Assembly: GCA_030704615.1 (NCBI GenBank)
Contig: CM060734.1
Span: 25,296,001-25,360,000, forward strand
DNA from: Takakia lepidozioides
Taxonomy: Eukaryota > Plantae > Bryophyta
DNA length: 64,000 bases
Direction of reading: 5' to 3'
The notes below the pieces were generated by a model. It was given only the letters and a program-made list of their open reading frames with translations, made no database searches and was not told where the DNA came from. A program made the position numbers and the translations under genes. This document shows positions 23,570 to 34,700 of this stretch, in pieces; within the stretch, counting starts at the first letter, position 1, and each line of letters starts with the position of its first letter.

Positions 23570-25100
23570 TTTAATTCGGCGCCGGTTTTCCATCCTGCAG
23601 CGCTCCGGTTTACCTGCAGGATGGAAATTCGGCGACCGATTTAATTCGGCGCCGGTTTTCCATCCTGCAGCGCTCCGGTTTACCTGCAGGATGGAAATTC
23701 GGCGCCGGTTTTCCATCCTGCAGCCCTCCGGTTTACTTGTAGGATGGAAATTCGGCACCGGTTTTCCATCCGACCGCGCTCCCGCTTGCCTGCAGGATGG
23801 AAATTCGGCGCCAGTTTTCCATCCGGCTGCTTCTGGATGAGAACGTCTCGGGCGGAGGGAGGGCCACGGTGCGTCCCACTTCATCCGCTGAATGGAAATT
23901 CGGCGTCGTTTTTTTCCATCTAGCGGGCTGTTGATGAAGTCTCGGGGGGGAGGTGGGCCAGGTGGCGCCTGTGGGCGACCTCCATACCTACATTTAAGGG
24001 CGCAGTTGCGCATTAAATGTCCTCCGCCGTCTGTTTTGAACCGGACGTTCCACACGGATACCGCGCTTGCTTCCCGGATACGCCTTCGACACCTGATGTG
24101 ACAGGTGGATGAAGTTCCATTCGAGGCATGTACGCACGCATTCTGCGGGAGATTTTTTCTTTTACTTGGACGTATGCCGCGTGGAGAAGGGCGTGGCTCT
24201 CTTGAGAGAAACCCCACATCCAGACCGCGTCGCAAACTGAAGCCTTTGTACTACGGGCGGCAATGCGGCAATGCCGACCAGCTGAACGGTGACAAAGCGG
24301 CAACGCGCCTTCTGTATAGGTACATACGTGTTGCCTTTCTTTGATCCGTGGCCATTGTAGTCCCTACATTTCCAGGATGTAAGTTGCCTTATGTGGCGCA
24401 TGAAAATTAGTTGTGAAGCCCCTAGAAAAATGGCGCCGAATTTCCTGTTTCCGGCCATGGGGAGGATGGCTAAGCCCTGGGGGTGGCTGGCATAGTTTGG
24501 AAATTCGGCGCCATTTTTCCAGTTCCGGGCCCAGTCAGTTCCGGGACTTAGCCATTTTTCCAGTACAGGGTCCGAAAATGGTTGTCCCCTGGGCGGATGG
24601 CACATATTCTGGAAATTCGGCGCCATTTTTCCAGTTCCGGGCCCAGTCATTTCTAGGACTTAGTCATTTTTGGACCCTGTACTGGAAAAATGGTGCCATT
24701 TTTCCAGTACAAGGTCCAAAAATGGCTAAGTCCCTGGGGCGGATGGCACATATTCTGGAAATTCGACGCCATTTTTCCAGTTCCAGGCCCAGTCAGTTCT
24801 GGGACTTAGCATTTTTGGACCCTGTACTGGAAAAATGGCGCCATTTTTCCAGTACAGGGTCTGAAAATGGCTAAGTGCCTGGGGCGGATGGCACATATTC
24901 TGGAAATTCGGCGCCATTTTTCCAGTTCCGGGCCCAGTCATTTCTGGGACTTAGCCATTTTTCCAGTACAGGGTCCGAAAATGGCTAAGTCCCTGGGGCG
25001 GATGGCACATATTCTGGAAATTCGGCGCCATTTTTCCAGTTCCGGGCCCAGTCAGATCTGGGACTTAGCCATTTTCGGACCCAGTCTGGAAAAATGGATG
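23570..25100. repeat. Two further repeat clusters (23570-23920 and 24420-25100) built on GGAAATTCGGCGCC
   Basis: Repeated ggaaattcggcgcc(g/a)..ttttcca units with internal inverted arms. Confidence 0.85.
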
Positions 25101-26734
25101 TGATTCTGTCTGTGTTTTTTGAATGCAGGTACTGTAAGTTCTCCCTGTTGGAGAAAGGTCATCTGTCCTTCCAGCCGCCATTGTTCCTCGCATGGAGGAA
25201 CCCTGGAGCTGACTCCATGTACACTGACGTTATCGTGAAGGAGTGGCATCTGCGCGACTGCCCTTGGTATGTGGACCTTCCGCCCGGCTCCCTCGACTCA
25301 TCCGAATTCCAATTGAAGCTGGATGCGGAGGCCCGACCAAACCGAGCTCCGCTGCCTCCGCTGGGTCCAAAGGAGGCGAAAGTGCTTGTCAAGTCGAGGA
25401 AAGCGGCAGAGCTTGCTTAAGCAGGTATTCAGGAGAAATTGAATGAGAAGAATAAAGGACAAATGAAAAGGACACGGAAACAGGGGAGTAAAGTAACCCC
25501 CAAAAAACAGAAAACCACCGGGGCACCAGAGGAGGCGCAGGAGGGGCCCGAAGGGAGTGACTCCGACGACGACTTTGTGCAAGGTCCTGCGACTGCTGCT
25601 GCTACTACCAAGTCACCGGTCATCCGGGTTCCCACTCAGTTCGGACTGGGACTAGCTCTGCCAAGAAGTTGGCATTTGAGGGCGAGCCTACTCGGCGGTG
25701 ACGTTTCCGCAAAGGCCAAAATTAGAATCCCCAACTATCATCCAATGCATCAATGAGAGCTTTCTTGATGCTCTGGCTGCCAGGGCGAAGAAGGTGGCAC
25801 ACAGCAAGTCTCTGGAGGAGCTGAAGGGGAAAGCCAAGAAGAGGGCTGCTGCTACAGAGCCTAAAGACACCCCTGGTTTGGAAGCCATGATGGAATTCTT
25901 CACGGCTGTGAGCACGGATTGCAAGAGCACTCGGGGGGGGGGGGGGGTGAGGTGGAGAGAGCATGCGATATGATTCTCCTCGATATTCTAGATGGGGAGC
26001 TGTTGGAGGGCCTGGATGGTGTGCCCACCTGGAACAGGTTTACGGAGGACTACTGGAGAGCCGGGTTTGGGCTGGCGGGGATGCTCCTGGATGACGGTGG
26101 ATGTATGGTGGTCCTTGCCACAAGAGGGAAGACCACAGAGAATGTTGTGGCAAGGTGGACACCAAAAAGTGTCACCCCGGTCCTCCTGAAAAAATGGTTC
26201 TGCATCAATACGCAGGGTTTGCGAACAGAGGCCAGAGTGTAAGTTATCAATCTATTGCATTCACTTCATATTGTGGTGTATCTAAACTAGACCCTGGAGT
26301 GGATCCCTCTTTTGTTGGATGTGCAGACATTGGTGTTTGAGGCATATTGTTTTGTGAAGAGAGGGTCTACGTTCAAATTCCGCAATGACGGTCGTCTTGT
26401 TGATGCCACTGTGGACCCTGTTACCTACGATGTCCTCTACAACTATGTGCCCCAATCCAGTATGCCGAAGGACACAAAGACAGGCAAACCGTGGCGGTAC
26501 AGCCGGACCCGGAGCCCTGCTTTCATCCAAACCCTCATGGAGACGTGCTCGGATGTCCAAGGGCGGATTCTTGACCTCACATGCGGCACGGGTAAGCCTT
26601 CACGTGCACATTTTGTCCCCTGGCCCGATTGCAATTGCATGCCGCATGCTACTAACCACCCGCTTTGTCCCTCAGGTGCTTCAATGTGGGCAGGGACGTT
26701 CGACAGGCATGTCTTCGCCTTCGCCTTGCAATAA
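24105..26734 (+). pseudogene. Spliced beta-class N4/N6 DNA methyltransferase-like gene, copy 2 (MULE cargo)
   Basis: GT-AG exons 24105-24319, 25129-26238, 26327-26591 and 26676-26734. Motif IV-like CDMILLDILDG; PWRYSRTRSPAFIQTLMETCSDVQGRILDLTCGTG|ASMWAG. Stop at 25418 and frameshifts. Confidence 0.75.
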
Positions 26735-27139
26735 AATGTTGCATTTCATTGCTATGACGAGTCCACTGGTGCCACATTCCAACTTCACATGACCCTATTT
26801 CCGTGCCTCCTAACCCTATTTCCGTGGACACACAATGGTCCGCTCATGTTTTTTTTTTTTTCCGCTCATGCTCATGCCGCTCATGAAATAGCAGCCCCCC
26901 TCCCAAGGCGGAAACAATTAAGAGAATTATCTAATACCATATATGAAAAACCAATGCCAGTGTTGTTTATGGTAACTTCTATCCCATGGACTCGTAAACA
27001 AACCAAAGCAAAAAGGTTGGTGTGTATTGGCAAAGTCAGATACTTCACAAAGAAATATGCACTAAAAATGAGAGCCAAGAGGATAGGAAGGTCACTCACG
27101 TTTATACAAAGACGTCTTGCCCACTACCCAACACCTTGG

Positions 27140-29700
27140 GTCACCTACACACTATCTCTACTCCTTCAGCTATCCATGCCTCTGCACAAATCAAGCATTC
27201 ATCCTTGCCTTGCTGCTAGCAGTTGACAATGACAGCCTACATTGGTTCTAGGAAACACCCAACTCAGCGTAGCATACTAGTTCCTATGCTGAATTGCGTC
27301 TGCTACTCTCTGAAATGTAGCAGGCATGCACCTTTCTGCCCCGGTTGACCCATCAGTGACTGGGCTCAGATAAGTATTCATTCCACAGCTTCTCCTCATC
27401 TCTGTTACCTGTTTTTTGATACTTTCATGTTGTCACATTGGCAGTATCATGTCAAAGTCACTCCAAACTAGATTCACTCAACCAGCTAACTTGCAGAATT
27501 GAACATGGAAATTTAGGGCCAATTATGATAAGAGGGAAAAACAGGTGAAATGTGTTGAAGAAGATGCCTTCATTAACAGTACCTGATTTTATCAATTGTG
27601 CCACTGCTGCCAGTTGACCATCTACCCATGCAGGTTTTTGCCTCAGTTGTCCCACCATTGACTGGGGTCAGAAAGTATTCATTCCACAGCTTCTCCTTGT
27701 CTCTGTTACCTGTTTCTGGATACTTTTCCTGTTGTCACATTGGCAGTATCAACTCAATCAGCTAACCTGCAGAATTCAACATGAAAACTTAGGGCCGATT
27801 CTGATAAGAGGGGAAAAAATGGTCTCTATGTTGAAGAAAGTGCCTTCATTAGCAGTGCCTGATTTTATCAATTGTGCCGTTGCTGCTGCGGCTTCCAGTT
27901 GACCATCTACCCATGCAGGTTTCTTGTATCTATCCTTCCACAGGGAATCATATGTAATCTGGAGCTTGAAATCCGGCCCTCTTGGATGAATCTGGACCCA
28001 CACTCTATCCCTGCTCCTTCAGCTATCTATGCCTCTGCACAAAATCATGCATACATCCTTGCCTTCCTGCTAGCAGCTGACAATAACAGCCTAGAATTGT
28101 TCCAGCAAACACCCCCAACCCTACTTATCAACGAGCGAGCTAACTTACAGAATTCAATATGCATCTCAGGGCCGAGTCTGATGAGAGGGCAAAACAGGCT
28201 GAAATAGGTCGAAGAAGGTGCCCTCACCACATTGGCCTTGACCTTGTGTCATGACCCATGGAGGATTTGACCGACCATCAACCCAAAAAGACCTCTTGTG
28301 TATGCTACTTTTGTCTTGTGGCTCTTACAGCAGCGACCCGGCCCAGCTTCAATGAGCAACACAGGGGAGTCGCCAACCCAACCCAAAAAAGAAACTTCAG
28401 TCACAGTGTGAGCATTTCATTTGTGTGGAAACCGTTCTATCCATCTGCTGCCAGTTGATCATCCCTCATTTATGCTCGAGCATGTAAAGAACTCGCCACT
28501 ACATGTTCGGCGGACTAAAGGAATGATAAGTGTCACGAGGCTAGAGACTGGCAGTTCATTGGCCGGGGAGGTCCATGCAGCATGGCTCTAGAACACTCCA
28601 AGTGAATTCATGATTTATGATGATCAATACCAGTTGCAATGACACTACTGGGCGATGCAAGAGACCCAGCCCCATATCAGTAAATACCAGCAACAAATCC
28701 CAATTCGTAGAGAAAATCTCTCTCTCTCTCTCTTTGGTGGCTACAAAGGAAGACTTCACCTGCATAATGGAATGGATGAAGGCGTCCACCTCGGCCTGCG
28801 ACCCAGATTGCTTCACATGCACCTGACCATGCCCTGCAGCAGTGGCTGCTATAGCCTGTTGCACCTCTTGGATGAATCTGGACCCACACTTTATCCCTAC
28901 TCTTTCAGCTATCCATGCCTCTATAGAAATCATGCATACATCCTTGCCTTGCTGCTAGCAGCTAACAATGACAATCTACATCTGTTCTAGGAAACACCCA
29001 ACTCAACTTATCAGTCTAGTTCCTATGCTCAATTGCATCTACTATTCTCTGTAATCCAACAGGCATTCATCTTTTTGCTCGATTGTCCCACCGTTGACTG
29101 GGGTCAGAAAAGTATTCATTCCACAGCTTCTTCTCGTCTCTGTTACCTGTTTCTGGATACTTTCATGTTGTCACATTGGCAGTATCATGTCAAAGTCACT
29201 CCAAACTATTTAAGGTTCATTCAACCAGCTAACTTGTAGAATTCAACATTTAGGGGCAATTCTGATAAGAGGGAAAAACAGGGTGAAACGTGTTGAAGAA
29301 GGTGCCTTCATGAGCAATGCCTGATTTTATCAATCGTGCCGATGCTGCTGCGGCTTCCAGTTGACCATCTACCCATGCAGGTTTCTTGTAGCTATCCTTC
29401 CACATGGAGTCACAGGTGATCTGAAGCTTGAAATCCGGCCCTCTTGGATGAATCTGGACCCACACTTCATCCCTGCTCCTTCAGCTATCCATGCCTCTGC
29501 ACAAATCATGCATACATCCTTGTCTTGTTGCTAGCAACTGACAATGACAACCTAGAATTCATGCAGCAAACACGACACCACATCTCATTCAGCCATACTA
29601 TCGAATGTTAGTGCCCGCATGATTATAAATATATCAATTGTGCCACTTCTGCTGCTGCTTCCACTTGACCATCTACCATGCAAGTTTTCTTTTGATTATT
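27140..29700. repeat. Complex degenerate tandem duplication of a several-hundred-bp module, also present at 18590-19246
   Basis: ggatgaatctggacccacac..ctccttcagctatccatgcctct..ctaggaaacacccaactc recurs 5 or more times. Confidence 0.8.
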
Positions 29701-30370
29701 GGGCAAATCATTCACATTAGCCTGATGTTTGTGTGAAGGGGATTTCTAGAAGATCTAGAAAACTCATATCAATTGTCTATATCAAGGTAAGTCACACTAC
29801 CGGGGTCAGCCCCTGACAAAGGTAATTTCCGTGCCTTTGTGTTCCCTTTAAATCTGGGCGTGCGGGGTCAATGACCACAAGGCTATGGAAAACAACATCT
29901 TATGACTACATCCTCTCTCTTTCTCTCGACTAAGTCCTAGTGGAATAGGGTAGAAGAGATTTTCAAGGATCTAAATCAAAGTAAGCAAGTGTTGACCCTA
30001 CTAGATTAATCAGACTTAGAGGCTGAAGTGTCCAAAACCATGTTTGTCGCTAGGAAATTGTCTGATGAAAATGAAGTTAGGCAGAAAACTTTCCTAAACC
30101 TTTTCCAGTTTGTGACATAGTAGGGGAGGACATCATGGATGACCTCAAGGGTTTACTCACTCTCGGCACCAAATTGAAACTAAGCTCAGGGCTGGATCCT
30201 ACCTGAACAACAAATAGAGGCAGAGTGGAAAGGGGGATTGAAATGCCCATCGTGTGGGCAACTTGAAGACAATATCCACTTTCTGATTCATTGTCATGGG
30301 TACTCCGACCAGAGAGAGACCCTCTTCAAATCCATGAAGGGAATTTAATCACCGTACCTCTGTTTACCAA
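29697..30370 (+). mobile_element. Rearranged 3' fragments of the LINE family found at 50090-52410
   Basis: Matches the reverse complement of 50100-50310 and 50370-50770. Confidence 0.75.
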
Positions 30371-30499
30371 CCTCAATGCAGCAGCAACCTGGCTCCTTTC
30401 TAACCCCTCTGACCTTCATCATTATTCTCACCTTCGCAGTATCATCCCACCTGCCAGCTGCAGCATAGATGTTTCAGAGCACACATAAGTCGCGGCATC

Positions 30500-31620
30500 C
30501 TATTCATCCCACTTGAGGATAGATGTTGCCACACGTTCAGCCATCTCCACATTGCCATGGATTTTGCAGGCACCAAGCAAGGCCTTCCACACCACAACAT
30601 CTGGATTGATTGGCATTTTATTAATCAGGTCCACTGCCTCATCCAGTTGTCCCGCACATCCAAGAAGGGCCACCATGCAGCCAAAGTGCTTCACTAGACC
30701 GGAGTGACACCATGATCTTGACTCAAGGAGTCAAAGTAGCGCCTTCATTCATTCATTCAATAGGCCAGCGTGGCTGCATGCAGAGAGAACACAAAAAAAG
30801 TATGACGCCTCCCGAAGGGAGCGTAACTTATGGTGTCTCTTCACCACAAGGGCTACTGCCTTCTAGCTGAAAGGTGGACACTTTCATGACACACCAGACC
30901 GTCGTTTGAACCCACAACCACATCCAACGTGCCCATTACCACTAGGCTACATGCTGGTTGTCGAGAGAACACATATATAGGTGATACCGTCCGGCTTCAA
31001 GCCCTTCTTTTGCATTGCTTCAAATAGTTGCACGACCTCCCTATGACAACCATACTGTGCATATCCTGCGATCATTGCACTCCACGACACCACATTACGT
31101 TCAGCCATATTGTCGAACACTCCCTTTGCATCCTTGATGCACCCACATTTGGCATACGTGTCTACCAGTGTTCAAGATCACATCTGGTACAATTCCAGCT
31201 CTGACAATGTCGCCATCCACCTCTTTGCCATTTTCCAAGGCTCCCAGGCTTGCACACGCACACAAACGTGATGTGGTCGGGCTTCACCCCTTCCCCCATC
31301 ATTTTCTCATACGTCTCCATAGCCTCCATCCCGCGCCCCTGCTGTGCATATCCTGCAAGCATCGCGCTCCACGACACCACATTTCGTTCAGCCATATTGT
31401 TGAACACTCCCTTTGCATCCTCGATGCTCCCACATTTGGCATACATGTCCACCAGGGTATTGTTCATAATCACATCTGGTACAATTCCAGCTTTGACAAT
31501 GTCACCATGGATCTCTTTCCCCTTTTCCAGGGCTCCTAGGCTTGCACACGCATTGCAAACACAAACAAACGTGATGCAGTTGGGCTTCACCCATTCGCGC
31601 ATCATTTGCTCATAGGTCTC
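30500..31620 (-). pseudogene. PLS-E class pentatricopeptide repeat (RNA-editing factor-like) pseudogene
   Basis: LVDMYAKCGSIEDA, NVVSWSAMLAGYAQQG, and E domain MPINPDVVVWKALLGACKIHGNVEMAE. Frameshift, SINE insertion and 5' truncation. Confidence 0.9.
30794..30962 (-). mobile_element. tRNA-derived SINE
   Basis: 11-bp TSD GAGAGAACACA (30783-30793 and 30963-30973). On the minus strand: A box TAGCCTAGTGG, B box GGTTCAAAC and an oligo-T end. Confidence 0.85.
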
Positions 31621-31749
31621 GAAAGTATTCCTACCACACCCAAAAGGACCTCTCGTGTGTGCTGCTTGTGTCTGTAGTCAGGTAATGTTGGATTGGTATG
31701 TGAGAACCACCACAGTGCAGCTGATCACGCAAAATAGATTGAAAATAGG

Positions 31750-34700
31750 TGTCGTGCGCATACATATTGCTACACAACTACATCGCTGTCCAAAACCACA
31801 CAACACATGTGCACACCAAACACTAGTCTATCACTAGTCCACCACTAGTGCACCACTAGGCTGCCACTAGGCAACCACTAGTGCAGCCACTAGTCCACCA
31901 CTAGGCTGCCACTAGCCAACACTAGTGCAGCCACTAGTCCAACTACTAGGCTGCCACTAGTCCATCACAATCGCCCCCCTAGCTGGCGCTTAGGTCCCTC
32001 TAAGTCCAGGTAGCCACAAGATGTGATAGTGACATAGCCTCATTAAGTCCTCCACCACTATCTCTACTACACTCAAACTCGATAGATCAAGAGGCCGGGT
32101 ACAAAAGTTGCCCCATCGTTAGTCACCGTCTTGCAACCTGTGAACTTGAGCCTGAGATCTCGGGTATTGACTCCTATGAGCTTGGCCTCCTATGTCTTGT
32201 TAGCTGTCACTAGTCATATCCATTGCCACTATCCCAAGCAGTGTGGACATAACCAATATCCATCAGGAACCCTCTCAAGAGGTGGTGTCAGGCATCTCAT
32301 GTGCCAACCTCTTGAGCATCGATCACATACCAGCATAATGGCGGCACCACGAGCATGCCCACATAGCATGCAACGCAACTCCTGCAGATACCACTGCAAG
32401 GTTGGGATCTATCATCCCATCCACATGTGGAAGGTGACATGGTGCACAATTGCGCACATGGTCCTTCCATACCATGCCATCTCGACCCTCCAGAATCAAC
32501 ACTCCTGAAGGCAACACCTCCTTGACCCTTAGAATCACACGGCCTACTGTGACATCCAAGGTCGTAAGCGTTGTCTGTTGCAGATACACATAGTCCCCAG
32601 GGTGGAAACGCCGAACACCTGGCCGATATCCCCCTCTACGTATAGTGACATACCTCAATGTGTCTCGGTGTTGGGCAATAGCAAGGTTCTCAAAAGCCAT
32701 AGGCATGACTCTCTTGAACAACTCTGCCCGCTGGGCACATGCTTGTGTCCACACATCCGGATTATCCAGGTTGAGGACTACTGCAGCCTCCCTACGAATA
32801 GATGCAGGCAAATCCGGCTCTCGGCCAAAGAGAAGGAAATATGGTGAGAAGGAGGCAAGTGATGCTTGTTTGCTGAACCTTTAGCCCATGGCTAACCAAG
32901 GCACCTGAAGATCCCAATCTCCTAGGTGTCATTTCTGCAAGCCATACTTGCGCAAACCCCTCTTCACCGTCTGAACAACTCGCTCTGCCAAGCCATCGGC
33001 CTCAGGATGATCCCGAGAAGTGGTACGGTGGTCTATCAAGGCTTTATCACACAAAGTCTGAAACTCCTCCAAGAACTCTCTCCCTTGGTCCGTGAGTACC
33101 TCAGCTAGAGCACCGAATCAGCTAAGCACACGATCCAAGAATGCATACGCAGCCCCCTCATTAGCCTTGTCAGGCAATGGAACCACCTCAATCCATTTGG
33201 AGAAGTGCTCTACCATCACCAACACATATCTGTGGTGGCGCATCGTCAGTGACAACGGTCCTACGAAGTCAAGACTCCACCTGTAGCCCAATCCCATGAT
33301 GGGTAAAGGATGCAACTGTGGTGTAGGGGCGTTGAATGAAGCACGCACCCTGTCACACACCATGCACCTAGCCACGAACTGTTGCACCTCTGTGTGCATA
33401 CCACGCCGCCAATACTGCCGCTGCAGTAAACTATGAGTGCGTCGCACTCCAAAATGCCCTAACTCCTCATGGGCATGCCGCACTAACCGTGCACGCTGTG
33501 TTGGGTGAGGCACAATCCTCACCCGACCATCCTCCCACACTTAAAGCAAGTGTATCCCCTCCCACTTGAACCTCTTGGCTCGTTGTAGGATCCGATCCCT
33601 CTCCTTGGTTGTCACATTAGCTGCAGTGTCTCCAGTGCAGAGGTAGTCCAACACAACCGAATCCTCATGTATATTTCTGGCACCACCTGACTTATCACTA
33701 GCCTCAGGGTCCTCAGACACTCCGTCTATAGTCATCCCTATTGTAGGTCCAACCTAAACTCCCGACGCCAAGATACACAAAAAGGCAGATGCATGTCATC
33801 CCGACACCATCTCCTCGTCCGTCTCACCATGCCACCGAGCTCCAGTGTCATCTTGTTGGCTCGTACATGGATTGTGACTCAATCCATCCGTATCCCTATT
33901 GACCAAACCCGGTTGATGCACAACCTGAAAGTCATACTCCTGGAGTATAAGTGCCCACCGTGCAAGCATCCCCGTAAGCTTGTTTGACTCCATCAACCAC
34001 TTGAGTGGCTGGTGATCCGTGACAAGGGTGAAGAGATTGCCGTATAGATAGCACCTGAAGTGTGCCATGGCCCACACTGCAGCTAAGCACTCCTCCTCAT
34101 ATGAACTATACTTAGACTCTGTAGCGTTGTTCAAGCGGCTAGCATAAGCCACTACAAACTCTCTTCCCTCATCATCCACATGTGTGAGCACCGCTCCAAG
34201 CCCCAGCATGCTCCAATCCGTATGCAGCTGAAAGGGACGCCCCCTAATAGGTCGTCTTAGGATAGGCGCCGAGGTCAACCTCGCCTTGAGCTCCTGAAAA
34301 GCTTGATCTTGCTCATCTTCCCACTACCACTCCTAGTATACCTTGGTCAGCTTGGTTAGAGCCTTTGCAATAGCACTAAATCCCTTGGCAAACAGTCTAT
34401 AATAATTTGCCAACCCCATGAAAGCTCAAACTCGGCTCACATCCGTGGGGCGTGGAATCTGTGCAATGACCTCTACCTTAGTCTGCTATACCCCCAATCC
34501 TCCAGGATATGTCATGTGACCCAGATACTCAATCTGGTTGTGGAAGGACTTGCACTTCCCCGGATGTAATTTCAATCCGTGCGCTCTCAAGCGCTCAAAT
34601 ACCATCTGAAGGTGTCTCTCATGCTCCTCCACCGTCGCACTAAAGATGATGATGTCATCTATGTAGCACCAAACAAACTCCACCCCTGCCAAAATCCTAT

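Larger units (their letters stand above)
20204..26900. mobile_element. MULE-like TIR DNA transposon (about 6.7 kb) with divergent transposase and MTase-like cargo gene
   Basis: TIR core GCTATTTCATGAGC (20212-20225) and GCTCATGAAATAGC (26879-26892), with CATGAGC(GG) sub-repeats and G-rich ends. TSD unclear. Confidence 0.8.
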
